Shown piece after piece: positions 1 to 12,000 of a stretch of 64,000 bases of DNA (position 1 is its first letter; each line of letters begins with the position of its first letter). Below the pieces are notes generated by a model. That model did no database searches and was not told where the DNA came from. It saw only the letters and a program-made list of their open reading frames with translations. Made by a program: the position numbers and the translations under genes. This DNA comes from a virus, in IMG/VR virus record IMGVR_UViG_3300032213_002070, positions 32,001-96,000 of that record; one strand, written 5' to 3'.

Positions 1-690
1 AAAGTTTTGAAGTGCGGTTGTTATGAACTTGCTTAATATTTCTGGACCATTAACGCCGACCTGTCTGTATAGACCAGAGTCTATTAAGTGACTTTGTCCT
101 GGAAATATCTCTTCACCTTCAACAATGTCACCCAAAAGCCATACATGAAGGTTCTTAACGGGATGATGCTTTCTTTGTATCTCAGTTATTTCAATAAGCT
201 TTTCCGTGTATAATTCTATTCTTTCGGCTAAAACAGATGAGTTATAGTCTGGCGTTACCTTACCTAATTGCCAGTCAGCAAATACTGCTACTGCTGTTTC
301 CTCTGCACCTGGACCATTAACAAACTTTGGCTTACTAATTGCTGGCATTTCAAATTCGGAGAATGCATCAATTGCTGCTTGGTATACAGAAAATACGGTT
401 TCTTCTTTTGAATTCTTATGCTTTTCTGCAAGCTTGGCTAAGCGTCTATTCTCTGATCTCAAGAATGCTGAGGCGTCTGTGGCTGTAGCTTCATGGGCGT
501 TAAGGAACGTCTGTGCCTCTTCTTCTTCGGGATCCCAATTTACATCTAATGCTGTTTCAGATACGGAAAAATCATCGTGAAGAACTTCTCCAGGAAAATC
601 TTCATACCCTTCGGCAATCATTCTTGCGTGGGTCATATTTTTAGCTTTAACTATCTGTTTTCTAACAACGGAATAAACCTGTTCAGACAT
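1..690 (-). CDS. Calcineurin-like metallophosphoesterase (3' end outside window)
   Basis: Not in ORF track; my translation from ATG at 690 gives MSEQVYSVVRKQ...AVFADWQLGK...VWLLGDIVEGEEIFPGQ, with the DxQ/DxH and GDxxE metallophosphoesterase motifs; frame open to the window edge. Confidence 0.7.
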   Translation of the reverse strand, partial: MSEQVYSVVRKQIVKAKNMTHARMIAEGYEDFPGEVLHDDFSVSETALDVNWDPEEEEAQTFLNAHEATATDASAFLRSENRRLAKLAEKHKNSKEETVFSVYQAAIDAFSEFEMPAISKPKFVNGPGAEETAVAVFADWQLGKVTPDYNSSVLAERIELYTEKLIEITEIQRKHHPVKNLHVWLLGDIVEGEEIFPGQSHLIDSGLYRQVGVNGPEILSKFITTALQNF

Positions 691-705
691 GTATCACAAC
701 CTTTT

Positions 706-1875
706 CTAGTAGTTCGTCGCTCCCATTATAACAGAATATAAGCTCAAAACACCAGCGGACATGTAACTTTTGTCATCAGATAACCTATAATCTTTACTTG
801 GTATATTATTACCATCAATCTTTATGCTACCTATCGTAACAGACATAACTAATTCAGAAGACATTCTAATCTGTCTTTCTATCTCTGACATAGAAAGAGA
901 ATCACCTATTGATAAAGAATTAAGATATCTATTGAGGAAAATTCTTGATTGGTTTTCTACTCCCCTAGCTATATCTGTACTAGTTCCCTCTCTAAGTATT
1001 AATGTTAATGATATGTTTACTAGTTTTTGAGTAGCCACTCTTACATTGAGGTTAATACCTACAGGTTTAATAAGTCTAACTTTTTCATAAACTGATTGGC
1101 TTACTGAGGCTATTGTTGATCTAGTTTCTGGTATTAGAATAATATCACAAGATCCTATACCAAAAGAAGCTTCTCTAATCTTTGCATCTCTAACACCTTT
1201 AACTGAAAGAGCTGCAAAACGAATTGACTCTGCAGTACCGGAAGCAGATCCTCTTACTGCTGAAATGATTCTTCTTCTATAGTTATCGTCAGATTCAGAA
1301 TTTATATTGCTATAGACTTCTTTGGGGTTATTGCAATATACTACAACTCCAGGAGGGGAAATAAAATTATGTTTAACTAAAGTGTTTCTTGCTGCGGTAA
1401 TTGTATTATCTGCAAACTTAGCCTTTACGGAGCCATATGCTCTAGTGTTGTTTGCCGCAATAACTACATCTCCAGTAAGCTCATATGGATATTGAGCGCT
1501 AGCAAAACTGGAAACATCATTATATACCAGCGTACCCTGAGGAATTACTACGGTGCTAGTATAAGTTGTGTTTAGAAAAAATTCAATATTTGCAGTTACT
1601 CTATCCGGAACCAACTCCGAAGAAAGACTTCTACGCTGTACATTATACAGAGCACCTATCATATCTAGGTTATTACCTGCTGCTGTCGAAAGACTGGATT
1701 GTTCAATGCTGATCTTTAATGAATTATATAAGTCATTTATTTCTGAGTGTATAGCTTCAGTGAAAGCTCTAGCAATAGAACCTGGGCTAATTGCACTGAT
1801 CCCAGCGTTCTTTTGTAGACTATCTAAAGTCGCAATAATCATTTGTTCTTTTGATTTAATATTAATAGATGGCAT
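706..1875 (-). CDS. Baseplate J-like wedge protein
   Basis: PGSIARA, A.GNNLDMIG, ESDDNYRRRI and GTAESIRFAALSVKGV motifs typical of baseplate J; next to a gp25-like gene. Confidence 0.85.
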   Translation of the reverse strand: MPSINIKSKEQMIIATLDSLQKNAGISAISPGSIARAFTEAIHSEINDLYNSLKISIEQSSLSTAAGNNLDMIGALYNVQRRSLSSELVPDRVTANIEFFLNTTYTSTVVIPQGTLVYNDVSSFASAQYPYELTGDVVIAANNTRAYGSVKAKFADNTITAARNTLVKHNFISPPGVVVYCNNPKEVYSNINSESDDNYRRRIISAVRGSASGTAESIRFAALSVKGVRDAKIREASFGIGSCDIILIPETRSTIASVSQSVYEKVRLIKPVGINLNVRVATQKLVNISLTLILREGTSTDIARGVENQSRIFLNRYLNSLSIGDSLSMSEIERQIRMSSELVMSVTIGSIKIDGNNIPSKDYRLSDDKSYMSAGVLSLYSVIMGATNY

Positions 1876-2256
1876 TTAGGCTCCTAGATCTTGAGTTATT
1901 GACAGCACTGTGGGTTCGGCGTTATTACTCATTAGATAGACATCAAATCTTATAGCATCTGCTGAAGTAGGTACTGCTTCAATTGTGATTTGTCTATTTT
2001 TAAAAACACCTTCTCGCTCTAAAGCTGCTCTTATTAATCTCTTGCCAAAATCTCCAGTTTGAGATGTCTGTGGCATTCCGTAAAGAATAGAAAGATCTGT
2101 GCCTAATTGAGGGTACATAAAAAAATCACCAGGTTCTGTCATTAACCTTATATAAACTTGTTGCAGATCTACGGCCGTTGGAGTGTCAGCTAATGCCAAG
2201 TCACCGGACCCGGTCACCAGCAAATCGCCGTTTAAATCAATGTATAAATCTGACAT
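1876..2256 (-). CDS. Baseplate wedge / sheath initiator (gp25/GPW-like)
   Basis: 126 aa, GDL...RLMTEPGDFFMYPQLGTDL pattern; immediately upstream of baseplate J. Confidence 0.75.
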   Translation of the reverse strand: MSDLYIDLNGDLLVTGSGDLALADTPTAVDLQQVYIRLMTEPGDFFMYPQLGTDLSILYGMPQTSQTGDFGKRLIRAALEREGVFKNRQITIEAVPTSADAIRFDVYLMSNNAEPTVLSITQDLGA

Positions 2257-2930
2257 TAAGAACCCTTGATATCGTTAGTTATTTTAGCCTGAGCTTGGTC
2301 CAGGCTATACCCCTGGCTTTTATATGATAATATTAAATTAACCAAACCACCTAAGCCATCTTTAATAGTAGCATTAAACTTTTGACTATTATCATTCCAA
2401 AAAGTTTTTATTAAATCTGCTTCTTGGTTTGTAAAATTTTGAAAAACATTGTCTTGTCCAGCAAATGATTCATTAACTACGCTAGTGTTTGTGGTGGAAG
2501 AATAGTTGTAACTTCCATTTATAGTAACACCTTGCTGAGTCTGTTCTTCTTCTAATTGATCTAAATTATTAATAAAATAATCTACATTTAAGTAAGCTGG
2601 GTTGTAAGATTTAGAATCCGCATTCACTAATGCGGGTTCAGCGAACGTTGTTGCGGAATGGTTAAACTCCATAGAGTTCCATTTTAGCCCATCCTCATTT
2701 GTATGGAATTTAACATTCTCAGCAAAAAATGAAATTGTTCTAGTGGATCCATTAATAACAATCCCAACTCCAGGAGCTGCAAAAATTTCTATATCTCCTG
2801 CATCCGTTAATCTTATAAAGCTTGAATTGTCTGGATGTGTTAAACCAACTTCTCTTGGTGAAAAAGATTTTCTACGAGAAATTTCTGTGCTTTCAGAAGC
2901 GGTAGTGCCTGTTGTAGGTGTATTAGACAT
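2256..2930 (-). CDS. Hypothetical baseplate/spike-region protein
   Basis: 224 aa ORF coupled to its neighbours; beta-strand-rich N-terminal half (SFIRLTDAGDIEIFA); position in baseplate module. Confidence 0.5.
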   Translation of the reverse strand: MSNTPTTGTTASESTEISRRKSFSPREVGLTHPDNSSFIRLTDAGDIEIFAAPGVGIVINGSTRTISFFAENVKFHTNEDGLKWNSMEFNHSATTFAEPALVNADSKSYNPAYLNVDYFINNLDQLEEEQTQQGVTINGSYNYSSTTNTSVVNESFAGQDNVFQNFTNQEADLIKTFWNDNSQKFNATIKDGLGGLVNLILSYKSQGYSLDQAQAKITNDIKGS

Positions 2931-2933
2931 AGG

Positions 2934-3296
2934 TTATACCAAGAACTTTGGGACGCCAGTATCAATACCGTAATTTGGAATAAACTTTCCCGCTGCATCG
3001 TGTCCATCTATATAGGATACTATGTATGGATATCTTTCATTGTCATCGGTAAAGCCGACAATGCAACGAGATCCTATTGTTGGGGCTGTCATTTGTACGC
3101 CTTGTACAGATGGACAGGGTACATCTTTGATAATATTACCAATATGATTAGTTACCCTGTCGTCTAAGATGATAACTAAAGTATTTTTATATCTATCAAA
3201 AGATACAATAGTTCCAGGTCTAGATTTAGTTTGTTGAAATCTTTTATTAGATAAATGTAAATCTAATTTTTCATCAAATTTTGGATAATGTTTCAT
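2934..3296 (-). CDS. Putative baseplate spike-associated (gpV N-terminal OB-fold-like) protein
   Basis: Start reassigned to ATG 3296 (MKHYPKF) behind an AAGGGGGA SD; GTIVSFD...VPCP...PTIGSRCIVGF...PYIV resembles the gpV OB-fold pattern. Confidence 0.5.
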   Translation of the reverse strand: MKHYPKFDEKLDLHLSNKRFQQTKSRPGTIVSFDRYKNTLVIILDDRVTNHIGNIIKDVPCPSVQGVQMTAPTIGSRCIVGFTDDNERYPYIVSYIDGHDAAGKFIPNYGIDTGVPKFLV

Positions 3297-3309
3297 TGAA
3301 TCCCCCTTA

Positions 3310-6063
3310 TTACCATGCCGAAGACCAGCCAGCATACTGTGTTTTACTACCTGGCCAAGTTGTATCTTCTATTGACTTTGGTTCCCAATCATGTTGATCT
3401 ACATATAGTTTACCACCTATCGATACACCAATATGACCATATGGTGTTCCTTCTATTTGTCTCCAGAATACCAATGACCCTACCGGAGGATTATTACCGA
3501 CATCATCACCAGCTGCATGGAAAGTAGAATTACTCTTTATCCTATTTAGGTGGTCTTCTGCGGCCCCACCACTAGTCTGTAAGCCGGTAGCTGAAACTAA
3601 TCCACCATCATTAGGATCGAGTTCTTCCCAAGCTTTATTTATCAAATCTGTTTTAGCATCCGAGAAAAGACCTAGCGCTGCTGACAGTATTCTAGCAAAT
3701 TTTTCACAACCGATCTCCCATCCGCTGGTAGCATCGCCTTGCAATTGAGCCGTGTTTTTATTTTTCCAATAGGTGATATAAGAAGGTGCCCTATTAGCTT
3801 TTAGCCAATCTGCGCATGCTTTAATATCGGCCTTAGTAAATGGTGGTTGCATGGAACCACTGCCTTGCTCCTTCACTATCACTACTGAACCAGCTGACTG
3901 AATAGGGGCTGAAGTTTTTTCATTCTTTAATGATCCACCTTCGCCTGTTCCGACTTTTGGATGATCATAATATACATCGCCTAAAATCCAACCTTCTATA
4001 TAATTTTTTGTTCTTGGATTTTTTGTTGGTAAATTTTTTCTAACCCAAGCAACTAACGTTTCATAAGTCTTTCCAGTTGTTAAATATGCGTCCACTGCAA
4101 TTTGAAATTTTGTATTAAAAATAAATCCGCAGTCAGAACGAGGAGTTTTATTTGCATTTAAGTAATCGCCCCATGGATAGAAAATAGCTGAATCATCAAT
4201 TTTTTTACCAGGAGTTCTACCCATTTTAGTATATAGAGAATACACCTGATTTACTGGGTACCATATTTTATCATCAGTAGAAATTTTTCCATCTTGTTTT
4301 AGTTCATTTATCTTCTTTAATACTGCCTGAGGATCCCAAGATGCAGAATCTGCAGATACATAAGCTAATGATGACGCATAGATGCTTTGCGGATTAACTT
4401 TAGTCCCATCAAAATAAATCAAAACTTTATTTTTTTCACCGTTAGATCCAGTAATAGGTATTTGTGACTTTAGATTATACTGAAATAATCCAAAAGAATA
4501 ATCACTACCAACACCATTCCATGCTGAAGTTTTTAAACTACCTTCTCTTGCGGAAACTGCGCACATTATTGCTGCAGCTTCATCACTTAGTGGCCCATAG
4601 TCTGGATCTCTTAACATTGCGTAAAGTTCATTAACGGTTAAATCTCCACCACCATTTTTATAATTGGTAAAAGCTTTTTGTTTAGCTGTTTCTGCATTCC
4701 CTCCAGCATCGTTTCCTGATCCTCCCGAACCAGAGTTCCCGCTATCAGCAGATGAAGTAGTCCATCCTACAGCGCCCATATATTGTCCTGCTCTTTGCGG
4801 GCTAAAACTTATATGTATATTGTTTGTGTGTTCTGTCCCTGCTTCAAAATTTACGAATTTAAGGGTTGGATACTTTTGTCTAATAGCGGTACTTGCGGTA
4901 TCGTACCCCTGCATCACTCCAAGATCTTTTGCTACATCTGGACTTATGATTATTAAATCAGGTAAGAGTGGAGTGGGTAAGGTGGACAGTTTGTCCAAGA
5001 AGGTAAACAAAGCTGCTGAGTAAACAGCTTTGCTCTTACCTATATTGTTAACGCTGCCGACTTTGGTTACATCAAAAGCCCTACCGAATGCATGGTCAGA
5101 TATAGAGTTTTTATTTTTTTTATCTAAATATTTTTCTGGACTAAGATTTTGATCGCTTTTATCGTTTTCGGATAAGCTAATTCTATTTAAACCAAAAGAA
5201 CCATTAACGTCTACACCCTTAGTTGGGTCTACTAACATGAGTAAACACTCTATAAGAGCAGCTGATATATAGGCTTGCGTCGATGGAGCGCTAATAGTTT
5301 CTGAATTAACATCTTGGGAAATGCCATCAGTTGGAGGAAAATAAGAACTAGTTTGGCTAAATGCATACGTAGATAGCTTGTCAGGTATATCAAATTGAAA
5401 ACCCAAAACTAACGCTGGCTCGTTTAAAGATGCCTTTAATAGAGTTCCTCGATCTATGTACATTTGCCTTTCTTCATCAGATAGTTCCGATACAGCAGCA
5501 ACTGCTCTTTCTCCTAGACTTGGTGCCGTAGCATCTATAGTGTAGGTTATATTATTGTGAGACCAAGTAATTCCATTTGAATCTCCAACTTGGGATTGAG
5601 TCCCATTTCCTGGCCATTTACCATCTACTGAATCTGACAATGGACTTATTGAACCAGTAGGAGTAAAACTAGTTCCCATTATTGATCCAGATACGGCTTT
5701 CAGATATGCTTCGTGGCCAGTAAGAATTGCAGTTTTAGCATCCTCCTTGGATGTTCCTTGATAATCTGGATTAGCTATCTGGAAAGCATCGCCGGCTTGG
5801 TATCCTACGGATAAAATTCCGTCTAAAGAAGATTTTATAAATTTAGATGTTGCATCTGCAACTGCTGCTGGGTTTCTATTTAATGCACCCCCTGCCATTA
5901 TATCTGTTAGATTTCTAGAGGTCAATGTTTGATTAGCGTATTTATCTACAGATGCTGTAGTCTTTAAACTTGCTGCACCATCTGGATTATAAGACTCACT
6001 AATTTGATTAGTTAAAGAAGCCGAATCATTTAAGTGACTTATATCAAAACCAAAATCAGACAT
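3310..6063 (-). CDS. Virion-associated multi-domain peptidoglycan hydrolase (M15-like peptidase + lysozyme/SLT-like + CHAP/NlpC)
   Basis: SDHAFGRAFD...HTNNIHISF (M15 zinc motif); AVSAREG...SFGLFQYN (lysozyme-like Glu motif); GCEKF...PPVGSLVFW...YGHIGV (CHAP/NlpC Cys-His). Confidence 0.7.
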   Translation of the reverse strand: MSDFGFDISHLNDSASLTNQISESYNPDGAASLKTTASVDKYANQTLTSRNLTDIMAGGALNRNPAAVADATSKFIKSSLDGILSVGYQAGDAFQIANPDYQGTSKEDAKTAILTGHEAYLKAVSGSIMGTSFTPTGSISPLSDSVDGKWPGNGTQSQVGDSNGITWSHNNITYTIDATAPSLGERAVAAVSELSDEERQMYIDRGTLLKASLNEPALVLGFQFDIPDKLSTYAFSQTSSYFPPTDGISQDVNSETISAPSTQAYISAALIECLLMLVDPTKGVDVNGSFGLNRISLSENDKSDQNLSPEKYLDKKNKNSISDHAFGRAFDVTKVGSVNNIGKSKAVYSAALFTFLDKLSTLPTPLLPDLIIISPDVAKDLGVMQGYDTASTAIRQKYPTLKFVNFEAGTEHTNNIHISFSPQRAGQYMGAVGWTTSSADSGNSGSGGSGNDAGGNAETAKQKAFTNYKNGGGDLTVNELYAMLRDPDYGPLSDEAAAIMCAVSAREGSLKTSAWNGVGSDYSFGLFQYNLKSQIPITGSNGEKNKVLIYFDGTKVNPQSIYASSLAYVSADSASWDPQAVLKKINELKQDGKISTDDKIWYPVNQVYSLYTKMGRTPGKKIDDSAIFYPWGDYLNANKTPRSDCGFIFNTKFQIAVDAYLTTGKTYETLVAWVRKNLPTKNPRTKNYIEGWILGDVYYDHPKVGTGEGGSLKNEKTSAPIQSAGSVVIVKEQGSGSMQPPFTKADIKACADWLKANRAPSYITYWKNKNTAQLQGDATSGWEIGCEKFARILSAALGLFSDAKTDLINKAWEELDPNDGGLVSATGLQTSGGAAEDHLNRIKSNSTFHAAGDDVGNNPPVGSLVFWRQIEGTPYGHIGVSIGGKLYVDQHDWEPKSIEDTTWPGSKTQYAGWSSAW

Positions 6064-6072
6064 ATTTATTCC

Positions 6073-9000
6073 TTAAAGGGGAGAAGTTGGATTCTGTTGT
6101 TGTAACGTTGGCATCGGGAGTTGATCGTCCAAGCTTATAACAGATGGACGCTCTCTAAGTAGATCTACCGTGTAGACTTGTGCGAGATTATTAACAACTA
6201 ATTCCCAGTTCAAGGTTGCTGGAGATCCATCTTCATAGTACTCATCCCATGATACATATGGCCATTCTGAAGCTTTTGTATTTAAAATATCTATGATTCT
6301 AAAATTAACTAAAATATTAAACAAGAACTTATAATCAGCGGTAAGATTTGCTAGTGGATCATTACTTCCGCTTAAAGTAAAGTATGAATTATTATATGTA
6401 TCTATCAAAGACAATGAATCAAATACTGTATCAAATTTTATAAATAAATTAGAATCTGGATATAGCGTATTTTTAAACTCTGTTTTTATTTGTTCAATAC
6501 TTTTACTGCCTATTACCGAAAAACCACTTGTGGTAAGAAATAATCCTCTTACTTTTTGAATGACTGAATTTAAATCTTGATCAAGTATTTTATAAAAAAC
6601 AGTTCCTAAAGTATCGTCCTTCTTGTTATATGCAGTAGCTTTTTTATAATTCTTTGGTGTATTAATACTTGAACCTGGAGACATTTGATCTTCCGCATAT
6701 ATAGAAACTGAAGATTGATCGTTTGGCGATACTCGAATTACGAAAGGTTTGCCAATCAATCTTTCCTCTACAAATACTGCTGCTCTAGATCCAGCTGCTG
6801 TAGTACTAATTCCTGACTGAGCCTTGCCTTCTGCGTAGGCTTTAAATACGTTAAGACTTGATGCTATGATGCCATCTAATCTTACTATAAACGGAGTACC
6901 TGATGGATCTAATAAGTCTATTACTTCTATCTCGTCAGCATTTAATATCCTATTTAACTTACAAAGAACTTTAAAGAATTGATTTAATCCAGTTTTGTCA
7001 GGCCCTGTTCCTGAATATTTAAGTACTTCTGCGTTGACTAGCGCATTTTCATAACTTGTATATCTAATTAAATCTCCAATTTGTTTTTCTTGCCAACCCA
7101 TATTTTTTAACAAATCATCATATCGTATATAGGCGTTACCTTCTGGAGTTTTAGTTCTAGTTTTAACTCCGAGTATACCCGGAAGAAGTCTTTTTGTGGC
7201 ATATCTACCAACAGTCATACCCTGATTAATAGCTAACCCTGCATCCATCGGTTGTCCATTTTTATTTAAGTATCCAATGTAACATCCGTGTTGATCTAAT
7301 ACGTTGTCCCTAACCCACTTCCAGCCCTTCCACATTAAATCTGCTCCAATTCCGGCACCTAAGCCTGCACCAAATGGACCGCCAACTAGTGATCCAGCTA
7401 TAGCTCCAACGCCAGCTGCACCAATATAAGCTGCTGCAATTCCGGTTAAGCTAGGAGCGCTGTTTTGTGCTTTCATTTGCTTATCTATTTGACTTTGAGC
7501 ATCTGACAAACCTTCGGCTGCAAAGTTAGCCATGATGTCTGACATTAAAGAACTTGATCCATGGGTAAATTGGAGACCACCTAACATTTGCGCACTGAGT
7601 GCTTGATGTATACCGTCAACAGATATATTTCCACCAGATAATATTCCAGTATTTCCAGCTTGAACAGAGTTGATAATCATCTTTGTATCATTTCTCATAT
7701 TCTGTAATGAAAAATATGAATGCACCCATGATGACATAAACCATCTTGCTGGATCATTTACCGTAACAAATGCGTTAGGTGTTATTGATGTTATAAAACC
7801 TAAATCTGAAGTAAAATGATGTACTACTTGTTCTACTTCAAATATTCCATACATCCTCTCATAGACATCAGCAAGGTATACTAGGTCATGAGGGCGTATA
7901 TCTGGACTACCTATAACCACTATTTCTCCACTATATATATCTTTTAGTGATTCTTTAAGATGCGCTAAACCAACTCTTTTTGCCATTAATTCATCTGGAG
8001 CACCTTGCGATAATTTGATTGCTCCTCTTGCAAATTCTATAGGATGAAATAGTGGTTGAGCTATACCAAATAAACCATCACCAGCAACGTTATCAAAGTA
8101 TATACCTGTTTCTACTGTTTTCTCTACTTGTCTTTCTGAAGGTATACTCTTGTCTAATGCTACGGTCACTGGATACTTTCCATCTGAGACAGCCGTTATT
8201 TGGGTTGCAACATCTATTGTGCTTTCTTGTATTTGATTAGTTAGAATATGAGAGAATGAATTTATATAATGCATCTTCTGGAAAGGCTCACGTATTTCTA
8301 CAACTGGTTCTCCGTACTCTCTTGTAAACGGATTATCTGTTGCCCTCAATAGGGAACCAGCTCTTCCTAATGAATAATAGATAGAATCATTTAATGCTCT
8401 ATTTAATATATTAGCTTGTTTGGTAAAATTATCCAATTCAGATAATCCATATCCAGTCTGGACCATAGACATTCTAAACATAGATAATAATCCTGATAGT
8501 CCATCGCTAATTGCTGTAAAAATTGGTCCTATATTGTTGTTCCAAAATTCTCCAGTATTATGAGTGAGAACACCTAGAATGTTTCCAGCACTATTGCCCT
8601 CGCCTTTATTTCCTGCTAATAACTTTAAGAATTTCTTTTTGTCTGAAGAATAATTTTGATTAGGATCTATAAAAGCTGCAAAAACTTTATTTACTGGACT
8701 AAAATCCCACATGTCATCACTAGAATATTTTCTGTTAGGCTTTAAAACCAACCATGCTCTAGCATATGGATCTTGCCACATCGCTTGTCTAAACATTCCT
8801 ACTATAAGTAGAAATACTTGTTTTGCAGTAAAATTTTCAGTAATGATATCATCTACTTTTTTAGCTCCACCAGAAATATCAGAACCAAAAATAATATTTA
8901 TATTTGTTTGAGATTGTAAGAATAAACCTAATTTCTTATATTTAGATTTAGCTAAAACATCAAAGTATTTAATCAATCCACCTTGATCAACAGGAGCATC

Positions 9001-12000
9001 AATCAAATTTTTTCTAGCATATTCTATGGCTGCTTTTACATCATGTATATCAGTTGTAATAGTTCTTTTAACACCTTCAATTATAGTTGTGGCTGGTACT
9101 GGTCCCGTTATGCCTTGATTATTAGTATTAATAAAATCACTGCCTAGTAACATTGCAAATTCATCTTCAGCTGTTTTGTTTGTTGAGCTAAATGGTTTGA
9201 ATATTGCTACGTCTTTAGTTGGATCTCTTAATATATCAATAATAACTTTTGGCATTGGTTCAACATTCTCTGGGTCTAGCCCAAATGCATCAAAAAATAT
9301 TTTCTTAACTGCATCATATGTATGGTAGCCAAATCTAAATTGATCCCAGACATCATTAGCCTGTGCTAGTGTTCTACCATTACCCGCTATGACATGAGTG
9401 CTATTGCTGAATCCCTCATCAAAGAATGCTCTTGCATCAACTGACTCTTTTGAAGATGGATCATAAACTGGAGCAAATCGCGTTCTTCCAGATGCAGAAT
9501 CTTTATTTCCAGTTGTTGCAAGTTCTGAGTCAAGGATATCCCATAGGGCTTTTCTATCAAGACTGTTATAACCATTTTTTTCTGCGTTAATAACCATATC
9601 AAAATAGCCGTTTTGTTGTCCATCTTTTGCAAGAATGTTACCACCCATAGCTGCAGCAGAAGCATAAAAGTTATTATCTAATAATGTTATACCGCCAGTT
9701 GGAACAAATTCTAACCATTGAGTATTGAATGCGTCAAGCACTGTACCTGATATGGCCTGTGATCTTTCAAGCGCATCGGGAGACATATGATCTGAATACT
9801 TAGTTAAAGAAGCTAATTCTGCTTCCATTTTTCCTGAATCTGTAGAATTTTGAAATCTTCCAAACCCAATAATTTTGTCATTTTCGTGATCAGTTTTACC
9901 ATCGTAATTTGTTTTAAATTCAGTAGTTGGATTTTGGAGTGTTGTGACTACACCTAAAGGTATTGAATCATCAACAAATGTAAAATAACACTCTCTAGGG
10001 ATGGGCATTGGTGCTAACCCTGCATTTATTGCAGCGGTTGCTGCGGTTATATAAGCGCCGCCACCAGGGGCATTCATCTTATATGCTTGATCGGTACTTT
10101 GACTACCACCTTGTGGATCGTTTAACCAACGTTTTTTTTCAGTTTCCGTTAAATGCATTAGGCCTAAAAAATATGCTGCGTCAGGAGATACTATGGCGGT
10201 TGTACCATAGGTAAACTCACTATAGGTTGTTTCTCCCTCGCCCCATAAAAAGTATGCTGGCCTACAAACAACTGCAGTTTTAGTTACTGGACTATAAACT
10301 AAAACTTTTCTTTTTTTGTAATCGTCTATAGTTCCGCAGAAATCTTTATCGTCATAATCGGAAAAATATTCCTGCTTAAACTTTTTAAACATTTCATCAT
10401 TAAGATCTTCAGTTATCTTATATGGCCATTTCATTGCTATATAAAACTGTTCATCTAAAGGAGTAGAAGGGGAACCCCAATCTCTATAGCTAAATTTATT
10501 ACTAGAAGTAATTTTACTTTCGTTTATATAATCATATTCCCAAGAACCATCTGAAACAGTTTGTTCATTTTTCATTAATGGTAATGGCATTCTTATGATT
10601 GCTTTATTGGAAGATAGTGACCCAGCTGTAGCAATATTGAACACAAAATTATCACTACCAAACACTGCTATTGGATCTACTGAGGCTTTAAACACTGGAG
10701 CTGTGAGCGTAATTGAAAATTCTTCATCGGAATCTCCGGAAGACTCTTGTATCTTTTCCGTCAAAGGAGTGGTTCCTTTTAATAAAGAAGCTTCAGTGAT
10801 TAGCAGATTGACATATAAAGTATCTTTTTGAAGACCAGTATGCGAGTGTCCAGTCCCTGAAGCTATATCGCCAGAAGCAAAAAATGCATAGTCCTTTAAC
10901 GGAGCTGAAGTTAATCTGTCTGTAAAATAGGGAAAAGCGTACCTTAATGGCATTTGTTCTATTTCAAAATGTTCTGAATGCGGTTCAGAAATATCAATTT
11001 CTGTTTTCTTTCCATCTGGGTCTATAGGTAAGTGGAAGCCTATGCCTACGAATCCTTTATTCTTAGGAATTTTTGCAACAATTTTTTTCTTACTATCTTG
11101 ATAAATAAGTCTATTTGGATCAGTAAGACGAATAACTTTACCTTTTAATATTCCCGCTGGAGCATATACGTTTGAAGCATTTAGTTGGTCGTTAACTATC
11201 GTACTCAACGTTGTTAAAGGATTTCTTGCATTTCTAAATGCATCGTAGTCTGCTTTAGAATTAGAAGTTTGTTGAATCTTATTCATGATATCCATTACTT
11301 GGCTATCTGGATTAATCGGCCTTGGTGTTGTAATGCCTAATTCTATTGCTCTTTTTTCAGAAGGAAAACCTGTAGTAATAGGAACTACACCAGATGTATA
11401 TAACCAGTGTGGTTTTCCATAAAATATAGTTGATCTATCTTCAAATGGTCTTACGGCAACAATATAATTTGGAAGAAGTCTTGCGCATGTTTGAAATAAA
11501 TCCCATACAGATTTCATATAAGTTTGAGCTCTAAATGAAACCTCGTCAAATCCTGGCATGTCGTCATCTAAGTCGCTAACCAAACCAAATGTTTTCCAAA
11601 TATTTACTCCGCCTCTTCCGCTAATTGAACCAAGCAAACTTGCGCCACCACCTGCAGCAAGTGTTCCACCTATGACCGGAAGAGCAAGACCGCCGGTTCC
11701 AAAAGCTAATGCTGCACCGATACCAAGGGTTAAGCCTCCCAGAACTGCTGAAGTACCTCCACCCGATTGCTTTACTCCCATTCCAGCAGTTAGCGTATCT
11801 AGTGTTGCAGATGCTGGAGCGCTACCTGCATTGTACTTTCTTAAAACATCATTCCATGAGGCATCGGTTAATCTATTTAAATAATCTAACCTAGTATTTG
11901 GCATATCTTCTGGAGTTAATGTTGCGGCGTTTGCCCAGCCGTCACCTAAGTCGCCGCCTAAGAATTGAGCCACACCTGTTCCATTACCTGGATAAATATT

